DNA from: Mobula hypostoma
Lineage: Eukaryota
DNA: 64,000 nt
Direction: 5' to 3'
Assembly (NCBI RefSeq): GCF_963921235.1
Contig: NC_086097.1
Location: 83,826,001-83,890,000, forward strand
Shown: one piece after another, positions 27,411-41,649 of the stretch
How the letters are laid out: each line of letters begins with the position of its first letter
Numbering within the stretch: position 1 is the first letter of the stretch
The notes under the pieces: model-generated
Database searches by the model: none
The model's input: the letters and a program-made list of their open reading frames with translations, nothing else
Told to the model about the DNA's origin: nothing
Made by a program: the position numbers and the translations under genes

Positions 27411-28605
27411 TATGAATGAAATCGAAACCATTCCAAATATTACACAAAACTCTCTCTAGCATTAAGAACAAGGCTGAGCACATCGAATTAGATATACTTA
27501 AGTTCAGAAGGTATCTACATTGCATTCTGGAAATGCAAGTGAGTGTTGGAAACAAGCCTGTCCTTTATCCAGATGTAATACCCCATTTTCCCACCATGAA
27601 AGCCAAAAGGACATTGCTCACTGATCCTAGGTAACAATCAAGCAAGGTCTTGTTTCACCAGATCCCAGCACCTTCTTCCAAAAGCCCTCTGCTTCGCTCT
27701 TCCCATTACCCAGCTGGTTTACTTTCAGAAATAAGACACTTACTGCTCAGGCAGTTAGGCAGAACATGTGGAAATACGGTTTAGGTTTTAGGTCAGTGGC
27801 TTTCCATCCAACCTTGAGAAAGGTTTGGGATGAGCTCATTTTAAGTTGCACAGATAGGTGGGTGGTGAGAAGAGAAATGTGTGTGAAAAGGTGAAGGAGA
27901 GGAGAGGTTATGACATTCAGCTTTTGTCAGTCACTTTCCCATCTCCCTGGTTACGAGCCCCCCTGGGGGGTCCAGTTTAATTCTCGCATTGTAGCAAATC
28001 CCAGCAAACACTCCCAAGAGCTGGCAGGACTTTCCCCAAGTTTTAGTATTGATATGTTATAGGCTGAAGTAACGAGGTGGCAGTTAGTGGAAGACACAGA
28101 AATGAACAGGCATTATCAATGCCTGTGCCATTTCTGCATTGTTGACCTGGGCCTCAGTCCATTTGTATTGGACAGATCAACTTTACAGATCAACTTTCCT
28201 GAGTCTCAGTGCTACTTGAGCACTGGGCTTTCACAAAGGGGGATACTGATAATGAAGTTAGGACCTAGACACAGTGTGCCAGTGTCTAGAGTCGGCCAAA
28301 CTTGCTTGCTAATTGCCAGCTGAGTTTGATCAACGTGTGTGTGTGTGTTTGTTTGTTTGTTTGTTTGTGTTGGGAGAGGGCTGGTGGATAGGACATTCAA
28401 TGTTAAATAGCGATCAGGTGGAGTTATCTATACTGCAGAAGATATGAGCCCAGCGTGAAGTTTGACCCTGTAGATTTTGTCACGTCTAATTTTGTTCCTT
28501 TATATCTGACCATTCACACAGTTGCACCACTCTGGAACAAAACACCCCATTATGACAATTCCTGTTGGATTTACTAAAGTTAAGGGCAGGTTCCTGCTGT
28601 TGTGA

Positions 28606-31440
28606 GTTCAAGTTCAAGTTCAGTTTTATGGTCATGCAACCATACACCCGTATACAGCTAATCGAAACATTGTTCCTGTAGAGCCAGGGTGCAAAGCACA
28701 GTACATATCATCACACACAGAACATATAGTTACGATCCAGCACACAGTCACAGAATAATATTAGCACAGGTCCCTGAGTGGTATGGTCCGAAGGTCGACA
28801 GGTTGACATAAAGTGTGAGGTGCATGCTTACATAAGATAGTATAATGTTAGAGACATAGAAAACCTACAGCACTTCGGCCCACATAGTTGTGCCGAACAT
28901 GTCCTTACCTTAGAAATTACTAGCCTTACCCACAGCCTTCTATTTTTTTAAGCTCCATGTACCTATCTAAATGTTTCTTAAAAGACCCTATCGTATCCGC
29001 CTCCACCATCGTTGCCAGCAGCCCATTCCACGCACTCACCACTCTCTGAGTAAAAAACTTACCCCTGACATCTCCTCTGTACCTACTCCCCAGCACCTTA
29101 ATCCTGTGTCCTCTTGTGGCAACCATTTCAGCCCTGGGAAAAAGCCTTTGACTATCCACATGATCAATGCCTCTCATCATCTTATACACCTCTATCAGGT
29201 CACCTCTCATCCTCCGTCACTCCAAGGAGAAAAGGCCAAGTTCACTCAACCTATTCTCATAAGACATGCTCCCCCAATCCAGGCAGCATCCTTGTAAATC
29301 TCCTCTGCACCCTTTCTGTGGCTTCCACATCCTTCCTGTAGTAAGGCGACCAGAACTGAGCACGGTACTCCAAGTGGGGTCTGACCAGGGTCCTATATAG
29401 CTGCAACATTACCTCTCAGCTCCTAAATTCAATTCCGCAACTGATGAAGGCCAATGTACCGTATGCCTTCCTAACCACAGAGTCAACCTGCACAGCTGCT
29501 TTGAGTGTCCTATGGGCTCGGACCCCAAGATCCCTCTGATCCTCCACATTGCCAGGAGTCTTACCATTAAATCTATATTCTGCCATCATATTTGACCTAT
29601 CAAAATGAACCACTTCACACTTATCTGGGTTGAACTCCATCCGTCACTTCTCAGCCCAGATTTGCATCCTATCAATGTCCCGCTGTAACCTCTGACAGCC
29701 ATCCACACTATCCACAACACCTCCAACCTTTGTGTCATCAGCAAACTTACTAACCCATCCCTCCACTTCCTCATCCTGGTCATTTATAAAAATCACAAAG
29801 AGTAAGGGTCCCAGAACAGATCCCTGAGGCACCCCGCTGGTGATCGACCTCCATGCAGAATATGACCCGTCTACAACCACTGTTTGCCTTCTGTGGGCAA
29901 GCCAGTTCTGGATCCACAAAGCAATGTCCCCTAGGATCCCATGTCTCTTTACTTTCTCAATAAGTCTTGCATGGGGTACCTTATCAAATGCCTTGCTGAA
30001 ATCCATATACACTACATCTACTGCTCTTCCTTCATCAATGTATTTAGTCACATCCTCAAAAAATTCAATCAGGCTCGTAAGGCACAACCTGCCTTTCACA
30101 AAGCCATGCTGACTACTCCTAATCATATTATACCTCTCCAAATGTTCATAAATCCTGCCTCTCAGGATCTTCTCCATCAACTTACCAACCACTGAGGTAA
30201 GACTCACTGGTCTATAATTTCCTGGGCTATCTCTACTCCCTTTCTTGAATAGAGGAACAACATCCGCAACCCTTCAATCCTCCAGAACCTCTCCCGTCCC
30301 TATTGATGATGCAAAGATCATCGCCAGAGGCTCAACAATCTCTTCCCTCGCCTCCCACGGTAGCCTGGGGTACATCTTATCCGGTCCTGGATGCTTTCCA
30401 AAAGCTGCAGCACATCCTCTTTCTTAATATCTACATGTTCAAGCTTTTCAGTCTGCTGAAAGTCATCACTACAAGCACCAAGATCCTTTTCCATAGTGAA
30501 TACTGAAGTAAAGTATTTATTAAGTACCTCTGCTATTTCCTCCAGTTCCATACACGCTTTCCCACTGTCACACTTGATAGGTCCTATTCTTTCACGTCTT
30601 ATCCTCTTGTTCTTCACATACTTGTAGAATGCCTTGGAGTTTTCCTTAATCCTGCCCAGCAAGGCCTTCTCATGGCCCCCTCCAAGGCATTCTACATGGC
30701 TCTCTTAATTTCTTTCTTAAGCTCCTTCCTATTAGCCTTATAATCTTCTAGATCTCTAACATTACCTAGCTCTCTGAACCTTCTGTAAGCTTTTCTTCTT
30801 GACTAGATTTAGAACAGCCTTTGTACACCACGGTTCCTGTACCCTACCATAACTTCCCCGACTCATTGGAATGTACCTGTACAGAACTCCACACAAATAT
30901 CCCCTGAATATTTGCTACATTTCTTCTGTACTTTTCCCTGAGAACATCTGTTTCCAATTTAAGCCTCCAATTTCCTGCCTGATAACCTCAAAATTCCCCT
31001 TACTCCAATTAAACACTTTTTTAACTTGTCTGTTCCTATCTCTCTCCAATGTTATTGTAAAGGAGACAGAATTATGATCACTATCTCCAAAATGCTCTCC
31101 CACTGAGAGATCTGACACCTGTCAGATGTTACTGGCACTATTATAATAGTGCAAGCAGTCGTAAAAATATGTGAAACAGCAGCAATGAGAGATGACAAGT
31201 GACCGGTGCAGGATGAGGGTGTGTCCATGAGTTGGGGAATAGGGGAAGGTGTAGGTGGCAGGATATTCAGATAGGTGTACAATACATGTTTGCTGGTTGG
31301 CAGCAAGACGTTAAGAAGTCTGACTGAGAAGGAGCTGTTACCTGCCTGACAGTTCTGGTTCTTATGCTGTGGTATCTTCTGCCTGACAGCAGGAGGTCAA
31401 AGAGATTATGGGGAGTCTCTTTGACAATGGCCTTACCACA
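28606..31440 (-). mobile_element. Rex1/Babar-like LINE 3' fragment split by a younger CR1 (pieces about 28606-28845 and 31121-31440)
   Basis: (GTTCAA)n tail at 28606; minus-strand HNLFDLLLSGRRYHSIRTRT at about 31350-31410. Joining the two pieces is an inference. Confidence 0.55.
28849..31120 (-). mobile_element. CR1 LINE, 5'-truncated, about 2.3 kb, frameshifted ORF2
   Basis: Minus ORFs 30915..31118, 30318..30662, 29644..30207 (SGVPQGSVLGP, SKFADD), 29416..29640, 28926..29210; CR1 tail at 28849. Confidence 0.92.
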
Positions 31441-31452
31441 ATCTCTTTGACA

Positions 31453-32530
31453 ATGGGGTGGTAAAGGGGGGTATGTGGGGGCAGGTGAAGGGGAGGGGGA
31501 TGGGGTGGTAAAGGGGAAGGGGGATGGGATGGTAAAGGGGAGGGGGATGGGATGGTAAAGGGGAGGGGGTGGGGTGGTAAAGGGGAGGGGGATGGGGTGG
31601 TGAAGGGGAGGGGGGATGGGGTGATAAAGGGGGGGTGAGATGGGGTGGTAAAGGGCAGGGGGGATGGGGTGGTGAAGGGGGATGGGATGGGGTGGTAAAG
31701 GGAGGGGGAAGTAAAGGGGAGGAAGGATGAGGGAGTAAAGTGGAGGGGGATGGGGAGTAAAGGGGAGGGGGGATGAGATGGGGTGGTAAAGCGGGGGTGG
31801 GTTGGGGTGGTAAAGGGGAGGGGAGATGGGGTGATAAAGAGCAAGGGGATGGGTTGGGGTGGTAAAGGGGGGATGGCGAAGTAAAGGGCAGGGGATGAGG
31901 GAGTAAAGGGGAGGGGGGTGAGGAAGGGGAGGGGGATGGGTGAGTAAAGGGGAGGGGGTTTGGGGAGTAAAGGGGACGGGGATGGGGGAGTAAAGGGGAG
32001 AGGGATGGGGTGGTAAGGGGAGGGGGATGGGGTGGTGAAGGGGGGATGGGATGGGGTGGTGAAGGGAGATGGGGAAGTAAAGGGGAGGGGGGATGAGGGA
32101 GTAAAGTGGAGGGGGATGGGGAGTAAAGGGGAGGGGGGATGAGATGGGGTGGTAAAGGGGATGGGTTGGGGTGGTAAAGGGGAGGGGAGATGGGGAAGTA
32201 AAGGGGAGGGGGATGAGGGAGTAAAGGAGAGGGGGGTGAGGGAGTAAAGGGGAGGGGGATTGGGGAGTAAAGGGGAGGGGGATGGGGGAGTAAAGGGGAG
32301 GGGGATGGGGTGGTAAAGGGGGGATGGGATGGGGTGGTAAAAGGGAGGGGGGATGGGGTGGTAGAGGGGAGGGGGGATGGGGTGGGAAAGGGGGGATGGG
32401 GTGGGAAAGGGGGGATGGGATGGGGTGGTAGAGGGGAGGGGGGATGGGGTGGTAAAGGGGGGATGGGATGGGATGGGGTGGTAAAGGGGAGGGGGGATGG
32501 GGTGGTAAAGCGGAGCGGGGATGTGGGGGC
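31453..32530 (+). repeat. G-rich minisatellite, degenerate 20-25 nt unit GGGGATGGGGTGGTAAAGGGGAG
   Basis: About 1.1 kb of G-runs, very few C on the + strand. Confidence 0.95.
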
Positions 32531-32557
32531 AGGCGAAGTGGAGCCTTGCTTGCCTGA

Positions 32558-32833
<276 letters not shown>

Positions 32834-33435
32834 TAGTCCTATCCTGAGAGAGCAATTCCAATGTAACTACTTCACACAGGCCCTGAGCTTTTACATTTTC
32901 TTTTCCCATCAGTTTCTCACTTATTTACCAGTTTTTTTGTAACGCAGACTTTATTCGGTCTGTATTTGGTCCAGATTTTATCGTAATTGTGATGTTAATT
33001 GTACAGCTGCAAGTTATGAATCTTGATTCACAGATCAAGTCACCATTGAGAATCACTCACAAGCAACCGGGTCAACCCCATACAACAGAACGCTGGCCTT
33101 TGTAACCTCATTTAAAGATACAAAGTCATTTGTTCTCACTGTTCCATCACCCATCTCTACACTGCTCCCTTTGTTGCCTCTCTGGGTACGCAGCTCGTCA
33201 CTGCAACCTCACCGTCCCATTCACCGTGCCTTGCCGGATCTGTGCCTATTGACAGAACACCTGGGTCTGGATATATGTCCAAAAGATTTAACTGCACCCT
33301 GATGCGGTGTCAATGTTTCTGGTCCCTGGATATCCTGTTTCTGGATAAGGTCCTGACCCCAGTGGGTCCTTGCTTTGGATGGGCCTTGAAGCCTGATGTC
33401 AGCTGTTGTTAGATCTTAAGAGCCCAGATCCTGTA

Positions 33436-33538
33436 GGCAGTGAGGGTACCCTGGCAGTGGGTTGTTGGCAGTGAGGGTAGCCTGGCAGTGGGTTGTTGGC
33501 AGTGAGGGTACCCAGGCAGAGGGTTGTTGGCAGTGAGG
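33436..33538. repeat. 31-bp tandem repeat, about 3.3 copies (ggcagtgagggtaccctggcagtgggttgtt)
   Basis: Directly visible. Confidence 0.92.
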
Positions 33539-33994
33539 AAGGTATGTGAAGGCTTCCTGAACTTATCCCATGGATGTAAAGTTTGGTTTCACACTACAAT
33601 AACTCTCATTTTGCATGAAAGGATCTGTGGATGAACCAACGTACAAATTTTATTTCACTGAGGACCATCTGTAGTAGATAGTGTCGAGAGCATTGTGAAT
33701 ACTCCTTTAGAAATGAAATGTCTTACTTATGCAGCAGATCAATATATAATCTAGTTTTCTTTATGATATTTGTCATCAGTGTTTTTATGACTTTCAATCA
33801 TAATCTGGATTCCATTTCATATTTTGCCTCAGATCTTCCTGATGGCTAAAGGTACCCAGTACGATTGTACTCTCTATGATTTTCCTTCCCAATGCATTTC
33901 AAAAGCCATTTCTTTCACTTAATAATTGGAAGTAGCCGCAGATGTTGTGTTATTGCTGTAGGTTTTAACCCTGAAATGTGCAGTCGAAAGGTAG

Positions 33995-35352
33995 TAGGAA
34001 TTATCCTGGGAATTAGACCAGTGAGTGTTACATCAGTGATTGACAAGATATTCAAGAGGATTCTTGGAGACAGGATTTATGAGCATTTGGAGAAGCTGGA
34101 TCTGATTGAGTATAGTCAGTGCGGCTCTGTGAGGGGCAGGTCAGGCCTCACAAATCTGACTGACTTCTTCAGGGAAGTGACAAAATAAATTTGAAGAAGG
34201 TAGAGTGGTGGATGTAAGTGTATACAGATTTTGGGAAGGTGCTCGACAAGGCTCCACATGGTAAGCTCATTCAGATAGTCAGAAGTCATGGGATCCTGGG
34301 AAAATTGGCTGTGTGGATTCGGAACTGGCTAACCCACAAAAGTTGAGGTGATAATGGATAGAGCATGGTCTGCCTCGAGGTTCGTGACTCGTGTTGGAAT
34401 ATGTTCTGGGACCCCTGCCGTTTGTGATAGTTATAAATGACTTGCATTAGGAAGTGGAAGGGTAGGTTAGTAAGTTTACAGATGACACGAAGTTCGGTGG
34501 TGGTGTTGATAGTGCAGAAGGTTGTCGTAGGTTACAAGAGGACATTGACAGGACTGGGCTGAGAAGAGGCAGGTAGAGTTCAGTCAGAAGAAGTGTGAAA
34601 TGATACACTTTGGAAGGTTGAACTTGAAGGCCAACTACAACGTTGATGGCAGGAATAGTGTGGAGAAACAAAGGGATTCTGGGATTCACTTCCAAAGATC
34701 CCTCAAAGTCGAGACATAAGTTGATAGAGTGGTTAAGAAAGTGTATTGTGTGGTGGCCTTCATTAGTCAGGGGATTGAGTTCAAGAGCTGTGAGGTAATG
34801 TTGCACCTCTATAAAACCCTATTCAGACCACACTTGGAGTATTGTGTTCAGTTCTGGTCACCTCTTTATAAGATGGATGTGGAAACTTTAGAGAGAATGC
34901 ACAAGAGATTTACCAGAATACTGCCTGGATTAGAAAGCATGTTTTACGAGAAAAGGTCGAGCGAGCTAGTGCTTTACTCTTTGGGGGAAAGGAGGATAAG
35001 AGGTGATGAGAGATGTACAAGATGACGGGGCATAGATAGGGTGGACAGCCAGTATTTTTTTTTCCCAGGGCAGCACTGGCTATTGTGAGAGGATAATTGG
35101 AAGGAAGTGCAGGAGGGATGTCAGAAGTAGTTATTTTACACAGAGAATAGTAAGTGTGTGGAATGCACTGCCGGGGGTGGTGGTAGAGGCAAATACATTA
35201 GGAACATTTAAGACACTCTGAGACAAGCACATAGATGAATGAAAAATGGAGGACTGTATGGGAGAGAAGGGTTAGATTGATCCTGGAGTAGGTTAAAATG
35301 TTGGCACAACATCATGGGCCAACGGGCCTATATTGTACTATGGTATGTTCTA
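33995..35352 (+). mobile_element. CR1 LINE RT-to-3' fragment, decayed
   Basis: ORFs 33892..34188 (RPVSVTSV, LTNLTDFF) and 34729..35025 ([13 protein letters not shown]); CR1 tail atgggccaacgggcct. Confidence 0.88.
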
Positions 35353-35719
35353 ATGTGAGAATTGTAGAGACGTGAAATGTGAATAAACATCCACACTGGA
35401 GGGCATGAAAACATAATCCATTGTTGCAGCTATTTGAATTTTGGTCATAATACTTAGTTTTTAAGTGCTAAAATGCGTTGATGCAGTAATTTACAATATA
35501 TCTCTTTTTAGCTTTCTTCCTAGGTGTTTACTGGATGAGTATCTCGGAGTTTTAAGTCAGGGGTGGCCTAGGTTTAGTTGTCTGCAATAACTGCACTGTG
35601 ATGTGCTACAATCTGCCTTGCAGAGGGTCAAATGAGTGTGGGATGCCGCTGCTGGTTTCCATCCCGTACACCTGCTGAGAGATTGTGCAGCTGTAAGTAT
35701 GGGCGAGGCCAGGGTTTGC

Positions 35720-36090
35720 TTCAGTCAGGGACAACACAAGCTGGTGTTGTATTCCTTGGTACTTAGAAACTTCAGCATTGATTTAATTAAAGTTTTCAAC
35801 TCAGTGAAAGAACTGTTAGGGTAGACTGAAACTGTTGTTAGACTCTAGGATTGGTGGGTGTGTGTGCTATACAAGTTAAAACCAAGCCTTTAGTAGTGAT
35901 GTTGGGAAACGTGTCCAAACAGAGCCTTAGGAACTTGGAACTCACTTCCAAGACTGAAGACTGGTCAATTATTAATTTTAAATACTTTTGCTATATTTTT
36001 GTATCAAAGGAATTGATGGATGTGATGCCGAGGCTGGTATGCAGTTAAGTCACAGGTCAGCCATCACCTGATGGAAAAGACTTAAGAATC
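35720..36090 (+). mobile_element. Very old CR1 3' fragment
   Basis: Weak similarity to the LYSL..DLI.VF..SRTRGH..WNSL region of other CR1 copies. Confidence 0.4.
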
Positions 36091-37278
36091 TAAGTCATCA
36101 TTCAACTTACATTGTTGAGATTGTTTCATGGATGACGATACCTGGTGTCGGTGGAGCCTTGCTCTGGGAAAAGGGGAGAAAGTTTAACAGGGAACAGAAA
36201 AGGACAGACAGGGAGAGGGGCTTGGAAAAGAGCTCCAGCTACCCTAATGGTATATTTCATGGTGTGATCCAGTGCCACCTACATATCATTAGTCTTAACA
36301 AATAAGTATTTAACATTTGAACATCAATCATAGGACAGCAAGCCCTACTCTACAGAAATGCCACCGTTGGTGCTAGTAAGGATGCAGCAGCAGCAGATAG
36401 ATTGTCCAGGCTAAAAGGCTTCACCAACACCCACTGCCCCCCCCTATCCTTTCTTGACTTTCCACAATCCAGGTAATGTGTGACACGTCAATCTCCATAA
36501 GCAAGTAGCTGCACCAAGCTCCCTTGCCCAATATAAAACCCTAATGAGGAAGGGGAGACCAGGCATCAAACCACAACAAAAGGAGAAGGAAATACAAAAT
36601 GGAAGAGTTGCCCTGTGTGTTCTTCACTTCCCTTCTCTTACCTCGACCCATGATTAAATAGTCTGCTTCAAACTGACACTGACCTGGTCTCAGAGCAAGA
36701 TGCTCTTTTGAAAGGTCAGGAAACGTAGGAGAGAAAGTTTAAATTCAAGCAACACACATCAAAGTTGCTGGTAAACGCAGCAGGCCGGCAGCATCTCTTT
36801 TAAATTCAACATTGTTTTTCCAGATTAACATTCTTCAAACACAAAGCGAGAAATAATTTTGGTTGCTCTTGTTTGCTTTGTTTAATTGGAGTAATACTTC
36901 ATTGTAACTGCTATTTTCTGCATTGTCAGAGTGAGCCCATCAAAGCTAAGTTCTGGTGGCCAGCAAATGTTCACCTTCAGACCTCAGTACAGGTCCTCCC
37001 CACATTATGGCGAGGTTCTCTTTCTGTGAACTGATTGTAGCTTAAGTTGTTCTGCCATGTGGCAGAAGGTGGTAGAAGCCAGCAACTCCTTCCCACGGTC
37101 TCCCAAAAGCTCATTCATACGTACAGGCTGCACATACAGTAAGTCAGGTGTTTGTAAGCTGGGGAGGACCTGTGAACAGAGTAGACTAGGTGTTTACAGG
37201 CTAGCATCAATTAACTAATAGAAAAGTCTCTAGTTGTGTACACCCTTGTATTCAAGCTCTTTTTATATATTCTGCTTA

Positions 37279-37410
37279 CAAGCAACACAGACACTGTCAG
37301 AGTGTCCGGTCCTGCAGAAGGGACTGGACCCGAAACAACGACTGTACTCTTTTTTCCATAGACGCTGCCTGGTCTGCTGAGTTTCTCCAGCATTTTGTGT
37401 GTGTTGTCCA
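37279..37410 (+). mobile_element. Penelope-like terminal repeat fragment with decayed hammerhead motif
   Basis: gtcctgcagaagggactggacccgaaacaacgac followed by gacgctgcctggtctgctgagtttctccagcattttgtgtgtgttg. Confidence 0.65.
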
Positions 37411-37594
37411 AATGATTTTGTATTTTTTTGCAATCCATTCAAAATCTGGAAATATTCTCTGGATATAAGAACAAAGCATAGCAGTAGGCTGTTTAACGTG
37501 TTCTTTCATTCATTAAGGTCACGTGTAGCCTGTGACTCATCTCCCTGTATCCATTCTGATTATTATAAATCTATCAAACTCAGACATTGAACCA

Positions 37595-37930
37595 TGATAT
37601 AAAGGAAACAATTGGTGTTCCGTCCATGCCAACCAAAATGCCTAACTGCGCTCGTCTCATTTGCCTGAGTTTGGCCCCTGTCCCTTTTAACCTTTCCTAT
37701 CCATGAAGCTGTCAAAGCATCTACTAAATGTCATAATTGTCATCCTCTCTTCCACCTCCTCGGGCAGTTCTCTCCATATACCCACCACCCTCTATGAAGG
37801 AAAGCTACCCCTCATGGTCCCTTTAAATCTTCCGTATCTCAGCTTAGGTCTGTGCTCTCTTGTTTTGGATTCTTCTACACTGGGCAACAGGCTGTGACCA
37901 TCCAACCTCTCTAAGCCCCTCACGATTTTG
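37595..37930 (-). mobile_element. CR1 3' end fragment
   Basis: Minus ORF 37792..38154 ends KIVRGLERLDGHSLLPSVEESKTREHR. Confidence 0.7.
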
Positions 37931-38008
37931 TCCTTCTGGAAGTGGGTTGATGTAGATAAAATAGGATGAATATGAGTGCAAGCTAATTGTGGTTCTTGGT
38001 AATTGCAG

Positions 38009-38156
38009 GATATAAATAATGCCTGGGGCTCACTGGAGCAAGCTGAGAAAGGATACGAGGAATGGCTGCTGAATGAGATCAGGAGGCTGGAGCGACTGGA
38101 CCACCTGGCTGAAAAGTTCAGGCAGAAAGCGGCAATCCACGAGGCCTGGAGCAATG
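38009..38156 (+). CDS. ACTN1: ACTN1 exon 11 (148 nt): [49 protein letters not shown]
   Basis: Acceptor aattgcag|GAT, donor AATG|gtaatt; ORF 38003..38194. Confidence 0.96.
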
Positions 38157-39387
38157 GTAATTATTTCAATATTGAGAGCTGCAAAGAGGCATGAAGTCCA
38201 AATGTGTGGATCTGCTAATTTAATTGAATGGACGTGGGTGTACATGTTCCTTTGGTGCACTAAAGCATAGCAGTTAGTCTCATCTATTATAACATCACAA
38301 TAAGAAAAAATATTGACAATTTGGGCAAAGCTTCATTAACATTGGGGTGATTGTGTTGGCAAAGAGATTCAGGAGCTAAAATAGGCATGTAATGGTGTAG
38401 AGCCTTTGATTGGCACCTCATTCCCAAACATGCTGAGTGCAGGTCGGTGGGAGGATAGGGTAAGTGTTTGGCATGGACTAGAAGGGCCGAGATGGCCTGT
38501 TTCCATGCTGTAATTGTTATATGGTTATACTGCAACATCCTCCTGGTTTCATTGAGGGATAACAAGGAAGTGTGACCTATGACCTTGTTAGCTTTGTGAT
38601 TGACATCATAAAGAGGCATTAATTGACCGGGAATGAAAATGGCACAATCTCATTTACACAAAACAAATTGTATGCATAATTAGCACAAATAGGTCCAAGT
38701 TCTCAGTTAATGTTTCTTAACTAATCTGCACTTGATTTTGGATTGTCGTAGAACTTGGGGGCAGAGGATGGGATATAAATCTTCAATATAGTCTTCCCTC
38801 ATTATGTCCCCTCCCTGACCTGTTTACCACATGACAAGGTTATTAACAGGAAAAAAATTACTTTTCATATTTGCATTTTAATTGCAATACTCTTTACAGG
38901 CACTATTTCAATTTGTTGCCAAATGACTCTTGGAGTGTCCGGCATTGCATCCAAGTGCAGTCAGCACAACTGAAATATATCACTGCAAATTATTAGCTTC
39001 TCCTGAAAAGTTCACAACCCTTGCCTTTTGATTTGTTAGTCACTGATCTACCTTGTGGGAGGCTGCTAGAAGGAATAGCTGATTGATCAGTTCCTGTTTG
39101 CAGAAATGTCTTCATATTCTGGTCATTGTAGCTCTGGAAGGAGCTTTCAACTTTGGAGGAGGTATAGTTCAAAGTACTTTCAGGGTGAAGAGGATAATCA
39201 TGAAACCAGCTTATGTCAATGGAGCACATTTTTAGGAAGTCAAGGTGTAATCTATTTTGGGTGTTTAAATGACAAAATCGGGCTACTTGGTTCGATTCCT
39301 GGGTTCCAGTAATTTTTTCCTCTGATTGGACAGTCCAGAACAAAACAAAGCTAGGATTTAATTTTAAAACTGGCCATTCTTTACATG

Positions 39388-39522
39388 AGTCCTGATGAAG
39401 GGTTTCGGCTTATAATATAGACTTTATTTCCCTCCACCGATGATGCTGCCTGACCTGTTAAATTCCTCCAGCATTTTGTGTGTGTTGCTCAAGATCTCCA
39501 GCACCTGCAGAATCTCTTGTGA
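39388..39522 (+). mobile_element. Penelope-like terminal repeat fragment
   Basis: agtcctgatgaagggtttcggc...gatgctgcctgacctg...ccagcattttgtgtgtgttgctcaagatctccagcacctgcagaatctcttgtg. Confidence 0.7.
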
Positions 39523-40212
39523 CAGAAATGTGGGGTGACTGGATAAGAGAACAGGCTCACTTAATTTCCCGGGACAGTAAGCTATTCCCAGGGCTTCCTA
39601 CAAACCGCTCTTGCTTTGGTTACCCTGAAGCGTATGAGAGCCTGAGGTGATTGACCCCCAACAGTTTGGTTTTTGTGCAGTTGTTATTCTGTCTCCATTC
39701 CTTGCTCACAGGACAGGCCTGGTTTTATAATCAGAACAAAGGCGCTCCACCAGTGAGGCACACACCTCAAGCTTTGAACATCTTGTTCCTGAATGATAGA
39801 CATGGACCTCCCACGACACTGTGCTCCTTGGAGCATGAAACTGGACTGGGGGATAAGGATTAATGCTGATACCTAACAACCAGAGATGAACACAATCTAG
39901 CTAGCTCTCTTAAGAGAAGAGAGCAGGTAGGGTACTTTGGCCTCCTTACCTAGGTTTGGAGGGACAAGTGTTTTGATGAAGGTTCTCCAGCTAACATAGC
40001 AAGATTCAAGCTCGATGAAACCTGGCTGCTAACTATGCCACCTGACCACTACAATGTCAGACAGACCCCTTTTGGCCATCAGTAGAGGAGTAGAGAAGTG
40101 GAGCTGATTGTTGTTATTGTTAACTCCCAATCCACAATGCCGATCCAACTTTCCTAAATGGGACGATTACCTTTTCTGACCACTCTTTTCTGTGTCCACC
40201 TCACTGTTTCAG

Positions 40213-40363
40213 GGAAGGAGGAAATGCTGATGGCCAAGGATTTTGAGACCGCCACCCTGTCAGAAGTCAAGGCTATACTGAAAAAGCATGAGGCCTTCGA
40301 GAGTGACCTGGCAGCTCATCAGGACCGCGTTGAACAGATTGCTGCAATTGCCCAGGAGCTGAA
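40213..40363 (+). CDS. ACTN1: ACTN1 exon 12 (151 nt): [50 protein letters not shown]
   Basis: Acceptor tgtttcag|GG, donor GAA|gtacgt; ORF 40158..40400. Confidence 0.96.
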
Positions 40364-40394
40364 GTACGTGCTTCAAAAAAACTCTCATTTTAGA

Positions 40395-40865
40395 ACATAG
40401 CACAAGACCAGGCCCTTCAGCCCACACTCCCCATGCTGATTACAATGCTGATTTAAACTCAGTCTGTACACGATCCATATCAGTCCATTCACTGCATGCT
40501 CATGTCTGTCTAAAAGCCTCTAAAATGCTGCTTACGTGCCTGCTCCCTCACAGTGCATCCCAGGCACCTGCCAGTCTGTGTTTTTAAAAAAAAAAATGCC
40601 TTGCACATCTTCTTTCAACTTTCCAACTTTCACCTCAAATGCACTTTACCAGTATTTGATATTTCTACCCTGGGAAAACAATTCAGACTGTCTATTTTCT
40701 CTGTGCCTGTCATAATTCTATAAGATATATCCTATCTCCCCTCAGCCTCCAGAGCTCCAGGGAAAGTGGTACAGTTTGCCCAACTTCTCCTTATAGCCCA
40801 GACCTTCTAATCCAGGCAGTAAGCCTCTTCTGTATTGTTTCCAAAGCTTCCACAAACTTCATGCA
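40395..40865 (-). mobile_element. CR1 3' end fragment directly after exon 12
   Basis: caggcccttcagccca tail, taccctgggaaaa, taatccaggca segments shared with the CR1 at 28849. Confidence 0.65.
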
Positions 40866-41649
40866 CACAATATCTGAAGGAGAAATTAGAGAAAGAAATG
40901 GAATTGAATCTGCCCAGCGGGAGATAGCACACAAACAAATCCTAAGTCCCAGCAAGCTGCCTTGAACTCAGTTTGACTGATGGCTTTTTTCTCAAACACA
41001 TTACTGTATCTTTTGTGATAGTAACGCTGTCCATTGCGTAAATGATGTTTGTGGAAGTACTAAAGACCAATTTAACGCCATCATATTTGGAGAGAGCCCT
41101 CTGTCTGAAAACCTCTCGGTGGCCAGCTAAGGGGGTTCGCCTGTAGGGTGACAGATGGATGTTGCTGAGGAGGAGAACGACTCTACGAATGGGAGTAAAA
41201 TCCTTATTGTTCCACTTCAGAAAATTGAAAGGTGCAGTTTTCGAATCCAGCTGTGCAAACTTCACAGCTGGAAGAATGGAGCCAAGAACTCAGGAAAAGG
41301 ACATCACCAGCGTGATGTTGCCTGATTGCCTCCTTTTCCCTCTCTCACAAAGTCCAAAATGAGATCGCATTGCCTCATTTTGTTGATGATGTGCATTTTA
41401 TGGGTTAATCAGACATGGGGGCTTAGATGCCTTTTATTGGTATCTTTACAGCCCTGCAGTACAGTGCAAGCTGAGCAGAGCTAAGATATTTACCTGAATT
41501 ACTTGAGGCTCGGTTAATGCTCCAGATAAGATTCTAGTTATGGGGAGGCTTTGAGTTCATAGACAACGAGTCATTCCTGTTTTTTGCCCTCTGACAAAAA
41601 ATGGCTTGTTTTATATATTGAGCATTTATTGTGACCCACTTGGGAATGA

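Noticed and set aside
33436..33538. CRISPR-like array
   Set aside because: Head-to-tail 31-bp tandem repeat with no unique spacers, in a vertebrate intron.
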